Assembly: GCA_019751945.1 (NCBI GenBank)
Contig: JAIEMT010000028.1
Span: 13,705 to 77,704, forward strand
Length of the DNA stretch: 64,000 nt
Source of the DNA: a bacterium
GTDB taxonomy: Bacteria > Bdellovibrionota > UBA1018
Direction of reading: 5' to 3'
In this document: positions 1 through 13,115 of the stretch, piece by piece
How the letters are laid out: every line of letters begins with the position of its first letter
Numbering within the stretch: position 1 is the first letter of the stretch
Notes under the pieces: model-generated
Database searches by the model: none
What the model saw: the letters and a program-made list of their open reading frames with translations, nothing else
What the model was told of the DNA's origin: nothing
Position numbers and translations under genes: made by a program

Positions 1-111
1 AGGACTTAGTATAAAATAAATATTTTTCTGGACGCAGTTTTCACTTCGGCCTATACCAGTACACGTTTCTTGCTTTACGGGACCTACCTAACTATCTACT
101 TTGAATGACGT

Positions 112-1098
112 GTGGGAGGCCCTATTTTGTTGACTGTAGAAACTACGACCGAACCACTAAAGCGTTCTGACGATGGTGAACCCGATTATCTCGGTATAGC
201 CATTTATCTTTGGGAGAGAATCGTCTCCGATCGCTCCGATCGCCCAGCCATTTTAAAAAGCGCAGAGTTCTTTTTAGCCGCACAAAAAAAAGGAATCAAC
301 CTGATTGATGTGAACGAGGCTCTTTGGGCTCCGCGTTTCTCAAAAGTGACTCCGAAATCGGTCACTCGCCCGGCGATGATGCGATCCTTTCTTGCCCCGA
401 CCATGCGCAAACTGCGAGGAGAGCGAACTCTCGCCGAAGTTTGTCGACTTCTCAAGATTTCGAACGAATCGCGATTCGGACATTGGGAAAATGGTCGACG
501 CGATATTCCGTTAGAACTTTTCCTAAGAGCAGTCGACGTTTTGGGAAATCGCTTGCCAGCCTGTTGTCAAACTTTAGATTCCGACATTGCTCTGGATCAG
601 TTTGGAGCAGCTACTCTGGCTCCCCGTTTCTTTCACCGATTCTTCGATAATCCCTGGGCACCCACAGTGCACTTGGCTTTCTATCTTCCGAAGTACAAGG
701 ACTTCCTTATTCAACCGGCAATGGAAGCCATTGCCAAAGATCTCAGGATTGATCTGAAGCTGGTTGAAGAAGCCGTCGAACTTCTCATTTCACTGAGACT
801 CTTAACAGTGGAGAACTCGAAGGTCTCTATCGTGAAGGGACAGTTTTACGCTCTCCCTGCTCATAACGCGGAACAGATCAAAAAAATTCATCATCATTGG
901 TTTTCTCTGGGGGCTGAGATGGCGCAGAAGCGACCCGGCTTTTATAAGGTCGAGCAAGCGGTTCTTTCCCGAGAGAGTAAAGAAAAAATCATTGGCTGGA
1001 TGGGTGAACTTCGTGAAAGGATTCGCGAGGAAACTAAGAATACTGAAAGTCTAGAAACTGTAATTCACATCAATTGGCAACTCTCGGAGCTCCTATGA
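112..1098 (+). CDS. HTH (XRE-like) domain protein, possibly a TIGR02147/DUF4423-type regulator
   Basis: 328-aa ORF with a GTG start. Central segment LRGERTLAEVCRLLKISNESRFGHWENGRRDIPLELFLRAV looks like an XRE-type helix-turn-helix. Its stop overlaps the next gene start (ATGA at 1095-1098). Family assignment is from memory of the family layout, not a search. Confidence 0.5.
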   Translation: MGGPILLTVETTTEPLKRSDDGEPDYLGIAIYLWERIVSDRSDRPAILKSAEFFLAAQKKGINLIDVNEALWAPRFSKVTPKSVTRPAMMRSFLAPTMRKLRGERTLAEVCRLLKISNESRFGHWENGRRDIPLELFLRAVDVLGNRLPACCQTLDSDIALDQFGAATLAPRFFHRFFDNPWAPTVHLAFYLPKYKDFLIQPAMEAIAKDLRIDLKLVEEAVELLISLRLLTVENSKVSIVKGQFYALPAHNAEQIKKIHHHWFSLGAEMAQKRPGFYKVEQAVLSRESKEKIIGWMGELRERIREETKNTESLETVIHINWQLSELL

Positions 1099-2447
1099 CA
1101 AAATCGCTTCCAATTCTTTTGGGGGTAGTAATTGGATTCAGCAGTTGGACAGTAAAAGCAGCGGAAATTCAGCTCGAGCATAGCTACTTCGAAGGCGGTG
1201 GCTGGGGTACAGACGGCATGATTCAAAAAAAACTGGATCTGCCGATGACAAAACTCCCCGCGCTCTATCGCACAAAAACCCTGAGACCCAAACCTGTTCC
1301 CTTTAAAATCGAACCCACGGGGGATGGAACAGAATATTTCGTGAACGATACGGCTCTCATCGTACGAGATATTCAGATCTGTTTTGAAAAAGACCTTCTA
1401 CCCACACCCGAGCAGTTCGAAGAAGCCAAAGAATTATTTCTCACCAAGATGTCAGGACCCAAAGGGCCTAATCGCCTTATGTCCATGTCCATCATCGCCC
1501 TCGAACCTAACCACTCGAACATTCAAGAATGTGACGTCGCTGTCGTTCGCGGAAAGTGGGACGCCTATCCTTACAACTTCCTTCCAGACGAAGGGACAGG
1601 GCCCCTTGGCATTCCTTCAAAAGTCTTGGGTCTCTACTTTAAAGCAGATCGAGACAGCATGCCTGTCATCACCGTACATCCGACGGCACAGGTTCACTAC
1701 GATGGCCTTCGGGGTCAATACGTCGACGGTTATTCGAAAGAAGATTTTAGCCTAGATGGCCGAGTATTAATTTTACACGAGGTCGGGCACTTCCTCGGGC
1801 TAGCGCACGTGAAATACTCCGTTCCCCGCCTGTTTCGTGGAGAAGAACTCTCCGTCATGGGTCTCGACTTTGACAATCGTTCCGCGGAAGTCATTGCTGG
1901 CCGCTTCGTAAATGGGGTCGATATCTGGAAGCATTGGGACTTGATTCAAACTTCTCTCTATCGAAGCGCGTTTTGGGCGGTACAAACTAAGGTACCTACG
2001 CGGAAGTCGGTCTCTCTTTCTCCTCGCGCGTGCGTTTTCCCTGAAGAACACTTTGAACTTCCGTTCGATTCTCACTGGCTGAGTCAAGACGCGGGATCTT
2101 CTCCCGCCATTCGCTTTTTAGATGCTGCAAAAGGACTCACACTTTCAGATCTTCAAATCGAACAAGCACCGTGGAAAGATGGCATTCAAACACGACTCCT
2201 CTTTCCAAAGAACTTCGAACTCGTTTTAACCAAGCAAGGGAAAGATGATTTTACATTGACTGGATTTCAAGCGTACCAAGCCGCCGGGCAAGGAAAGCTT
2301 CAACTGAGTTTTCAAGCCGGAAGTACTTTTAGTAACGAAGACACTCGCCTCTCTTTTGCAGCGAGAAATCAGTCGGGAGGATTTTTTTGGTCTAACCGCC
2401 CGGTGGTGGCTCGAATTACGAATAATCCGGCCGACTGTTTACAGTAG
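1095..2447 (+). CDS. Secreted metzincin-type zinc metalloprotease
   Basis: HEVGHFLGLAH matches the extended HExxHxxGxxH zinc motif. N-terminal signal-like MTKSLPILLGVVIGFSSWTVKA. I chose the ATG at 1095 because it gives an ATGA overlap with the upstream stop; the ORF track starts at 1074. Confidence 0.7.
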   Translation: MTKSLPILLGVVIGFSSWTVKAAEIQLEHSYFEGGGWGTDGMIQKKLDLPMTKLPALYRTKTLRPKPVPFKIEPTGDGTEYFVNDTALIVRDIQICFEKDLLPTPEQFEEAKELFLTKMSGPKGPNRLMSMSIIALEPNHSNIQECDVAVVRGKWDAYPYNFLPDEGTGPLGIPSKVLGLYFKADRDSMPVITVHPTAQVHYDGLRGQYVDGYSKEDFSLDGRVLILHEVGHFLGLAHVKYSVPRLFRGEELSVMGLDFDNRSAEVIAGRFVNGVDIWKHWDLIQTSLYRSAFWAVQTKVPTRKSVSLSPRACVFPEEHFELPFDSHWLSQDAGSSPAIRFLDAAKGLTLSDLQIEQAPWKDGIQTRLLFPKNFELVLTKQGKDDFTLTGFQAYQAAGQGKLQLSFQAGSTFSNEDTRLSFAARNQSGGFFWSNRPVVARITNNPADCLQ

Positions 2448-2873
2448 TTATCTTCGACCGTTCGTATCGGGATCAGTACAGGGAACGTCGTCGTAATCTC
2501 GGCAGGGCTTGCGGTCAAAGTCTTTTCCAGATCTGAATTTAAAATTCGTGTAGCCGGCTTCGCCTTTGCAAACGAAGTACGCACGACCCCTGCACTTTTG
2601 AAAAATTCCGGTCTGAGGGCAGCGTTCATAGTCGGTTGTCGGCGTACAATTGGGAGTCGGGGTCACGATTTCAACGGCTCTTTTGATCGCCTGGCACTGA
2701 CTGTCCGCCACTTCACGAAGCTCGCGCACCGTTCTTTGTTCAGCAGATTCCCTCTTGCTACCTTCCGGATAAGTGCAACCTTCGGTGTCCGAAATTGAAA
2801 AATTTCCACCCGACCAGGCAGACGTTGCCGAAAAAGCCAAAGTAAGCGCAGCCACAAATCGATAGGATTTCAT
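2448..2873 (-). CDS. Small secreted cysteine-rich protein (hypothetical)
   Basis: 141 aa with signal peptide MKSYRFVAALTLAFSATSAWS and 8 Cys in the mature part. AGGAG Shine-Dalgarno about 7 nt upstream of the ATG. No family recognised. Confidence 0.6.
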   Translation of the reverse strand: MKSYRFVAALTLAFSATSAWSGGNFSISDTEGCTYPEGSKRESAEQRTVRELREVADSQCQAIKRAVEIVTPTPNCTPTTDYERCPQTGIFQKCRGRAYFVCKGEAGYTNFKFRSGKDFDRKPCRDYDDVPCTDPDTNGRR

Positions 2874-2933
2874 GAGGGACTCCTGTTTGAGGAGCCGATA
2901 TATAGCAGTGCGTCGAATGAGTCAAATCCGGGA

Positions 2934-4262
2934 TTAAAACCCCAGAATCGTGGCGAGATCCTGAAGAGCGGCGCGCGACTCCTTCAGTAAAGCGGGATCT
3001 CCAAGATCCTGAACATGCAACTCGTCTCGGTAATGTCTCTTCGCCCAGGCCTCGAGTTTCTTATAAAGAATGTCATTCATAAATACACCCGGGTGGGCCG
3101 CCTGGAGCTCCTGTTCAGAAAGCACGACTCTTAAACGGAGGCACGCGGGCCCTCCCCCATTCCGCATGCTCTGCTTGAGATCGAAGTAAATTGCTTCTCG
3201 AATGGGTTGACTGGAGTCTGCCAAAAGAGCCTTCAAATATTTAGAAACAGCGGGACTTTCCTGGCACTCGACGGGAAGAATCAAAGCCATACTCTTTCCA
3301 TTCGGAAGGGTAATGAGCTGACCATTAAAGAGATAGGTACTCACGGCTTCTTTCAAACTCACATCCGCCGCCGAGACTTCAACCAGCTTCAATTTCTGAC
3401 CACAGGTTTTTTCAAACTTCTCACTGAGCTCCTTCATGACCTGCTTGGAGTTGTCGTGAGCTTTCTCGTGATAGAAATAAACGTTCTGGTTTCCAACGCC
3501 TACCACATCGTTATGAAACACCCCTGCGTCGATGGCCTCTGGACTCTGTTGAGCAAGGACCACCGCGTCTTCTCTTAGCTTGTGCATCTGCACGATCGCA
3601 CGACTGGCTTCATAACTTTGACGAGCCGGAAATTTCTGAGGCTCCGCTTTGTCCGAACGAAAGGAATATTTTCCAAAAACAAAGAACTCCACCCCCGGAC
3701 CGCCATAGTCTGCGCAGAGGCGAGTGTGATTAGCAGCCCCTTCATCCCCCATCTGAGGAGTGGCAGGTAAGGCATCGTGGTGAACAAAGAATTTTGGATC
3801 CGAAAAAATATTTCTTAAAACCGCTCCGGTCGTCTGCGGCTCGAGCGACCGATGAAATTTCGAAACTAGATTCGCCGGGGTAAAATGAACTTTCCGATCG
3901 GCCGTATCCCCACTAGGACTCACGGTTGAAGAGTTCGCAGTCCACATACAGCTAGCCGAAGAAACTCCTGCCAACAACTCAGGAGCTTTTCTTGAAACCT
4001 TCTCTAAAATCGATTCGTCAGTTCCTTCGAATCCCAGTCGTTTCAACGCAGAAATCAAGGGGCGTTCCTGCGGCGGAAGCAGCGCCTGCTTCAAACCCAG
4101 ATCTGCTAGCTTTTTCATTTTCTCAAGGCCTTGAAGTACCGCCTTGAGCGGACTTGAATTTCCAGCCTTGTTCGAAGTAGAGGCAAGATTGCCTGATGAG
4201 AGCCCTGAATAATTGTGTGTCGGACCGACGAGGCCGTCGAAATTTACTTCAAATGAAGCCAT
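2934..4262 (-). CDS. astB: N-succinylarginine dihydrolase
   Basis: The N-terminus MASFEVNFDGLVGPTHNYSGLSSGNLAS is the typical AstB start. Length is about 443 aa from the internal ATG at 4262. The longer ORF (to 4379) would overlap the upstream gene. Confidence 0.85.
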   Translation of the reverse strand: MASFEVNFDGLVGPTHNYSGLSSGNLASTSNKAGNSSPLKAVLQGLEKMKKLADLGLKQALLPPQERPLISALKRLGFEGTDESILEKVSRKAPELLAGVSSASCMWTANSSTVSPSGDTADRKVHFTPANLVSKFHRSLEPQTTGAVLRNIFSDPKFFVHHDALPATPQMGDEGAANHTRLCADYGGPGVEFFVFGKYSFRSDKAEPQKFPARQSYEASRAIVQMHKLREDAVVLAQQSPEAIDAGVFHNDVVGVGNQNVYFYHEKAHDNSKQVMKELSEKFEKTCGQKLKLVEVSAADVSLKEAVSTYLFNGQLITLPNGKSMALILPVECQESPAVSKYLKALLADSSQPIREAIYFDLKQSMRNGGGPACLRLRVVLSEQELQAAHPGVFMNDILYKKLEAWAKRHYRDELHVQDLGDPALLKESRAALQDLATILGF

Positions 4263-4272
4263 AAGGAAGATC

Positions 4273-5376
4273 TTAGCGCCCGCCGCGCGCCTTCGCCAGC
4301 ACCAAAGCACAGCAAAGTACGCCGATCGATTTAATCGAAGCCAATTCCAAATATTCTCCGACCTGACCCAAGCCTCCATGGCTGAGCGAACTAATTGCGA
4401 TTACCCCGAAGAGAGCTGCCCCCAACCATTGCGCTTGCTGAGTTTTCCAAGCCTTTTGTAAGCTCAAAGCTGCGAGCGGGTAAGCCCAAACGAAGGAAGA
4501 GAACCACGCTAACGGCAGTATGGTCGTACCCAATCCCAGCCACCCTGCCCACTGTTCGGCAGCGGGAAGTTTCCGGCTTTGTTTTTTCCAGAACCACGCC
4601 ACTACTGTAAACGCCGCAAGAGTAGCTAATAAGTCAGCCCAAACATACGCGGTTGGAACGTGAAGAATCCGAAGGACGAGAGCGGGAAAACCTTGATTCT
4701 CGCCTCCGCGCAAAGTTTGATAGGTAAACGCTTGGGCCCCGGCTGAGGTAGAACCCAACCAGCCTCGAATGAATCCAACAAAGCCCTGATCATAAGTTGC
4801 TACCGCTACTACCGGAAAACTCAGCCCTAGAAAAATGTAGGCAAACTTTTGAAATTCTTTCCTTCGCTTTTTCCAATCTGAGATCCCCAGCAGAACAAAC
4901 ACTGAAAAGATCTTGGCCGTCGATGCCCAAATCTTGGCGAAGAGATGATTCGAAAGCAGCAAAGCGAGAGTGAGTAAGCTAATTTGCCCGGCCATGAAAT
5001 GCACGGACCAGATTCCAAAAAAAGCCACCGCTGAGGCGACCGCAAGACCGGGTTTACACCCATTACGAATCACCCATGCGACCGAATAGAAAAGGCAGCC
5101 CACTTCCAGTACGCCCCAAAGCAGTTTAGCCCAGAAAAGAGAAAACAGAGCGAATGGAAAGTAGATCGGCAAAATCCACGGCGGATACTTGAACTGAAAA
5201 ATTCCACCAAAAGAAACGGTATAAGGAGAGCGCCCGTCAAAGACACTCCTCGCGGCCATCCAAACAATTTGAAAGTCTTCACCCTGATTGAGTAAGCGCG
5301 GAACTAAGATGAGACAAGCCACCAGGAAGGCCGCGAACACCCCTGCGTGAACGGGTTGGTATTTGTATTTTCTCAC
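4273..5376 (-). CDS. Polytopic membrane protein, GT-C type glycosyltransferase-like (DUF2029/GT87-like)
   Basis: 367 aa with about 9-10 hydrophobic helices. The first loop GEDFQIVWMAARSVFDGRSPY resembles the D-x-x-x-...-P-Y loop of DUF2029 proteins. Assignment is tentative. Confidence 0.55.
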   Translation of the reverse strand: MRKYKYQPVHAGVFAAFLVACLILVPRLLNQGEDFQIVWMAARSVFDGRSPYTVSFGGIFQFKYPPWILPIYFPFALFSLFWAKLLWGVLEVGCLFYSVAWVIRNGCKPGLAVASAVAFFGIWSVHFMAGQISLLTLALLLSNHLFAKIWASTAKIFSVFVLLGISDWKKRRKEFQKFAYIFLGLSFPVVAVATYDQGFVGFIRGWLGSTSAGAQAFTYQTLRGGENQGFPALVLRILHVPTAYVWADLLATLAAFTVVAWFWKKQSRKLPAAEQWAGWLGLGTTILPLAWFSSFVWAYPLAALSLQKAWKTQQAQWLGAALFGVIAISSLSHGGLGQVGEYLELASIKSIGVLCCALVLAKARGGR

Positions 5377-6677
5377 TCGAAGTTAACGTAGGTTTGTCCG
5401 GGTTGCTGTTCTTTCCCGATCCGATCCCAGAGAAGATCGCTGATTTTAGAACCCACCATCTTGGACATGAAGACGGCGGCATCGACATCATTGGAAGTAG
5501 TTTGGCGACGGGTCTGCATCAAGTTCTCAGGTTTGCCGCCATTGGTATTCTCTTTCACTCGGACGATGAAATGCGCGCCGACGGCTTCCATCACGTTGCG
5601 CGGTCGATCTCGAATTTCTTTTTCCGAGTAGACTAAGGCCAACGCCCGCTCCGCCATGGTAGGCTTATAATTTGGATCTGCAATCACACGAACTTCCCCG
5701 AAGGGTTGGCCAATCTTTGAAACGATGTCCTTTTCATTTCGATAAACAACGGAATTAATTTCTCCGGCGATGTCTTCGTAAATAGGAAGTCCTAATTTTC
5801 TTACCACTTCTTTTCCACCGAAGCCATTCCAACTCGTCACCGCGACTTTGCCGCGACGGCGGTCGATCGAAAGATCGTCTCTAAAAAGTTGAAACTCCGT
5901 CAGATAAGCAGCCGCCTCGGCCAAAGCGCCACCCAAGCTGTGGCCAGTGAACATGACCTTGCCACCTGCTTTGATGTAGTTCACCGCATCTTTCACCATC
6001 TTAAAAAAAGCGGGGCTCCAAGCCTGACTCTTCCCCAACTCCAGGTCCGTGAGAATGTCCGTACCTGCAGGCTGAGTCCCCGCAATCGCAAAAACGCGGT
6101 ACTCGGGATGAGCGGGGTCCTTTACTTGTTTTGCAAGAAAGCCCACACGGTCGTCGCCATAGGCACGAACGTTTTGTGAGGGCGTTTTTGAGTTGTCTCG
6201 CGCAAACCACTTTCGCTGATACGGATCGTAAATCATTTTGAGATCGTAAACCGCGGCAGCTTGATCCAAGGCAAAGGCGTGCATTTCGGCAGATTTTTTT
6301 ACACAGTCACTGAGTGCTGTTTTTGTCGGAACGTCATCGGGTCCCAATCCGAGCATTTGTAACTCTTCACTGAAGCGAATGTTTTTCTGAAGATCGACCA
6401 AGATTTGATAGGTCGTATTCAACATGTAGTCGCCGCGCATGCGCTGAATTTTCGGCGTGTCGAGGAGACAGTCAATGTACGCATGGGCCTTTTCATCACT
6501 GCCTAACTTGGAACGAAATTCATAGCGCTGAAGCGCACGGGCGTAGATTCTTTCACAGTACTGATACGGAGTGGGCGGAGTGAGTCCGGCGAAACTAATA
6601 TCCCCTCTTAGACCTCCGACTAAAAACATCAAACTGACCAGTCCTAAACGTACCCTTTGAGATGCCGTCCCTAGCAT
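5373..6677 (-). CDS. Secreted class-3 lipase-like alpha/beta hydrolase
   Basis: FTGHSLGGALAEAAA contains the GHSLGG nucleophile-elbow motif. The N-terminus is hydrophobic and signal-like. 4-nt overlap with the downstream gene. Confidence 0.7.
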   Translation of the reverse strand: MLGTASQRVRLGLVSLMFLVGGLRGDISFAGLTPPTPYQYCERIYARALQRYEFRSKLGSDEKAHAYIDCLLDTPKIQRMRGDYMLNTTYQILVDLQKNIRFSEELQMLGLGPDDVPTKTALSDCVKKSAEMHAFALDQAAAVYDLKMIYDPYQRKWFARDNSKTPSQNVRAYGDDRVGFLAKQVKDPAHPEYRVFAIAGTQPAGTDILTDLELGKSQAWSPAFFKMVKDAVNYIKAGGKVMFTGHSLGGALAEAAAYLTEFQLFRDDLSIDRRRGKVAVTSWNGFGGKEVVRKLGLPIYEDIAGEINSVVYRNEKDIVSKIGQPFGEVRVIADPNYKPTMAERALALVYSEKEIRDRPRNVMEAVGAHFIVRVKENTNGGKPENLMQTRRQTTSNDVDAAVFMSKMVGSKISDLLWDRIGKEQQPGQTYVNFE

Positions 6678-6783
6678 TAAGTCAGTATAACCATGAACGT
6701 TTTTATATTAAAAATATTTAATCGGACTTTCATGGGAGTTTTATTCCGCCCTGAGAAACTGAGAGCAACAAGAAGGAGGCTTT

Positions 6784-7026
6784 ATGAATAAGCCAATGAT
6801 CACTGCTCTGCTGGTAATGTTTAGTTTCAGTAACTTAGCGCTCGCCAATGACCCCGCTCCGCAAGCAAGCGGTTCGGTGCAAGAACTGCGTCAAGAAGTG
6901 AAGGCTCAAAAACGAGCTGTTCGCAAAGAACGCAAAAAGCTGCACGAGAAGAAAATGGAGCTTCGTAAAGCTGTGAAGAGTCAAAAATCCGACGAAGTCC
7001 AATCGACTCCGGGCGCCCAACAGTAA
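6784..7026 (+). CDS. Small secreted lysine-rich protein (hypothetical)
   Basis: 80 aa with signal peptide MNKPMITALLVMFSFSNLALA followed by a K/E/R-rich helix-like region. Strong AAGGAGG Shine-Dalgarno 5 nt upstream of the ATG. Confidence 0.55.
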   Translation: MNKPMITALLVMFSFSNLALANDPAPQASGSVQELRQEVKAQKRAVRKERKKLHEKKMELRKAVKSQKSDEVQSTPGAQQ

Positions 7027-7027
7027 G

Positions 7028-8302
7028 TTAAGGGTAGGAACTCAAGTCTTGAGGTTGGTCGACTACGGCGTGCTTAATGGAACGAGTCCGTTCTATCACA
7101 TCGTCGTATCTCTTCCCCCTCAAGACGAGAGTTAAATCTGCGTAAGCCTGCTTGAGGTCCTTCAGACGGTCTCTCAACAAAAGCATTTTGCGACGAACCT
7201 GCCGAATCACCGGAGCGAGTTCATCAGAAGCACCAACGGAAGTTCCGTCTGACTTCAAGCGATCTGTTGCGACTTTAAGATTATTTCTAAAACCTAAATC
7301 GACTGTTCCCACCACAGTTCGTACCGGACCTGTTTCAATATTTGCAAACACCACCGACTTCTTATGGTTCTTAAACTGAACGTCATTGCGAAAAAAGAAA
7401 AGTCCTGCTGCTCCGTTGCTAAAGCCCGAACAGTCCACGTCATCGCCTAAGACACTCTCCAGTTTGGAAAGTCCCAACCAGGGATTAGTGGTCTGGCTTG
7501 ACTGCTCCATCACTTCAATTGTGGTGAGAGCTTGAGGAATGCTGACTTCTAAAACATTAAGAAGGGGGGTCACCACATCGATGGCCCACTGAATTTCCTT
7601 GGCTCGGGTGTTCACGAGATCGGAATTTCCGGCCCTTCTCGCTACTTCTAATTCATGACCTAGAAAATGAATCTGTACGGAGTAAGCCGCGATTTCATCA
7701 AAGCTAAACTGCTGGTTGTAGGGAGCCTCACCGATCGTGTGACCGGGCATTGCTTCCACAAAACCAAAAAAAACCGTATCTCGACCGTTCATCAATCGAT
7801 TCTGTAAAAGAGCGTGTCGCAGTTCGTGCTGAAGAAAGCTGCCAATCTCGCCCCGCTGAACATCGTCTGCCGAAATAATCAGTCGACCGCGATCTTCTTC
7901 GAAGAGTGCCGACGCATCACTCCCCAGAAGTTCCTTCGGGTTGTATTCCACTTCTAAACCGCGCATGGTCTTTTGCACTCCATAGGCAGTCTGGTTCATC
8001 GAATGACCACTTCTCAGAGGGGTGATCAAAATAATCTCAGAATTAGCGGGATCTAAGTTCCATCGTACCCCGTGCTGATCCAGGAGCACTTGAGCAGCCT
8101 TGAGCACCTGCTGAAGCTTGGCTTTAAACGCCTTGGAGTAGCGTCCCCCATGCTGATGCTTCTTGGGTTGAAGGGCTTCCAATTCGTCCAGAGTTTTTTG
8201 GAACTTCTCTGCATCCTGCGCAGAAACGGCGTAGGAGGGAGAATAAGTGAGTAACACTACTCCGGCCACGGCTGCTAAGAAGAGGGTTTTTCCGGCATTC
8301 AT
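7028..8302 (-). CDS. Secreted protein with HExxH motif (putative zinc metallopeptidase)
   Basis: 424 aa with signal-like MNAGKTLFLAAVAGVVLLTYSPSYA. Contains HELRH (FLQHELRHALLQ). No further family recognised. Confidence 0.5.
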   Translation of the reverse strand: MNAGKTLFLAAVAGVVLLTYSPSYAVSAQDAEKFQKTLDELEALQPKKHQHGGRYSKAFKAKLQQVLKAAQVLLDQHGVRWNLDPANSEIILITPLRSGHSMNQTAYGVQKTMRGLEVEYNPKELLGSDASALFEEDRGRLIISADDVQRGEIGSFLQHELRHALLQNRLMNGRDTVFFGFVEAMPGHTIGEAPYNQQFSFDEIAAYSVQIHFLGHELEVARRAGNSDLVNTRAKEIQWAIDVVTPLLNVLEVSIPQALTTIEVMEQSSQTTNPWLGLSKLESVLGDDVDCSGFSNGAAGLFFFRNDVQFKNHKKSVVFANIETGPVRTVVGTVDLGFRNNLKVATDRLKSDGTSVGASDELAPVIRQVRRKMLLLRDRLKDLKQAYADLTLVLRGKRYDDVIERTRSIKHAVVDQPQDLSSYP

Positions 8303-8352
8303 GGGCCGGGCTTCTATCTAATAAGTAGAGAATTTTAAACTTAAATAATACA

Positions 8353-9442
8353 ATGCGTGACATGAAACCCAGCAAGGTCACCCTCCTCCTTCTCATCTTC
8401 GGATCCCTTCTCCTTTTAAGCGGTTTTGCAAAAACCTCCGCACAGGGATTAGAAGGACTGATCCGCTTTCCCTCGGGTGCATTCACCAACCGAGTGCAAC
8501 TCGATGCCTATTCCTTAAAAGTCAATTCCGGTCAGCAGATTACGGAATTTCCCCTACCGAAGAAACTCGTTTCTGGTTCAGGAATGAGTAGTGAAACCCT
8601 TCCCTTTCGAACGGTGGTTTTGAAATGGTTTCGACATGCTCAGAGAAAAGATAATTTCTATTCGAAAGTGATTCCGGCCGACCCTAAGGCGACTAAAGCT
8701 CCTGCCCTAGAACTCGAAATCACACAGAAGAATGATGGGGCTTCTCAAAAAGTTTGGCTCTGGCAAGGAGAAGTCAACTATAGCGTGGCGCAAATGGGTC
8801 CTGCCCTCTTTGCTTTGGGAAAAGTGAAGCAGGGAAATCCTGGCCCCTGGGTAGAGTTTCAAAAGGAAGGTGAAAAAATTACGGCTCTCTCGAAATCAGA
8901 GTCGGGAGAAACCCATAAACATTCCTTTGATCTCAAATCCCTTCCTCAGGATTTGGACCCCCGGTGGCAGCTTGGAACGCAGATCCGATTGCTACAATGG
9001 GTACCTCAAGCCACACACCGAACCGAGTACTTAGAAGCAGTCGGAAAAGAATTTGGCCCTGCTATTCAATTAGAACTCGGGGGAGGCAATCAGAACATCT
9101 GGCTAGAATCAGAATCTCTAAAGCAGGTTCAATCCAAGGGGAAGGTTTTCGAGTTTTTACTCACCACGCAGATCCACACGCTTCCATTCTCGCTTCAACT
9201 GGGGCCTTCGCAGGATCAACGGAAAGCCCTCCTGATGATCAAAGACGGAGAGGCTATTAGCCAGGCGGTTCCCGTTTCGCTGACGGAGAGTTTTGAAATA
9301 CGTGAGCATCGATTCAAAAGAATTTCAGATTCGACTTTTCAGGTCTGGACCGATCCGGGAAATTTCCTGAAGACTCTCGGGGCAATCGTATTGTTGCTTG
9401 GAATTCTTCTCTATGTTCAGACGGTCGTCAAAGCTTGGAAGC

Positions 9443-9462
<20 letters not shown>
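8353..9462 (+). CDS. Hypothetical exported protein with C-terminal membrane anchor
   Basis: 369 aa. N-terminal hydrophobic signal (VTLLLLIFGSLLLLSGFA) and C-terminal TM (LGAIVLLLGILLYV). Its 3' end overlaps the guaA 3' end by 20 nt. Confidence 0.45.
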
Positions 9463-13111
<3,649 letters not shown>

Positions 13112-13115
<4 letters not shown>

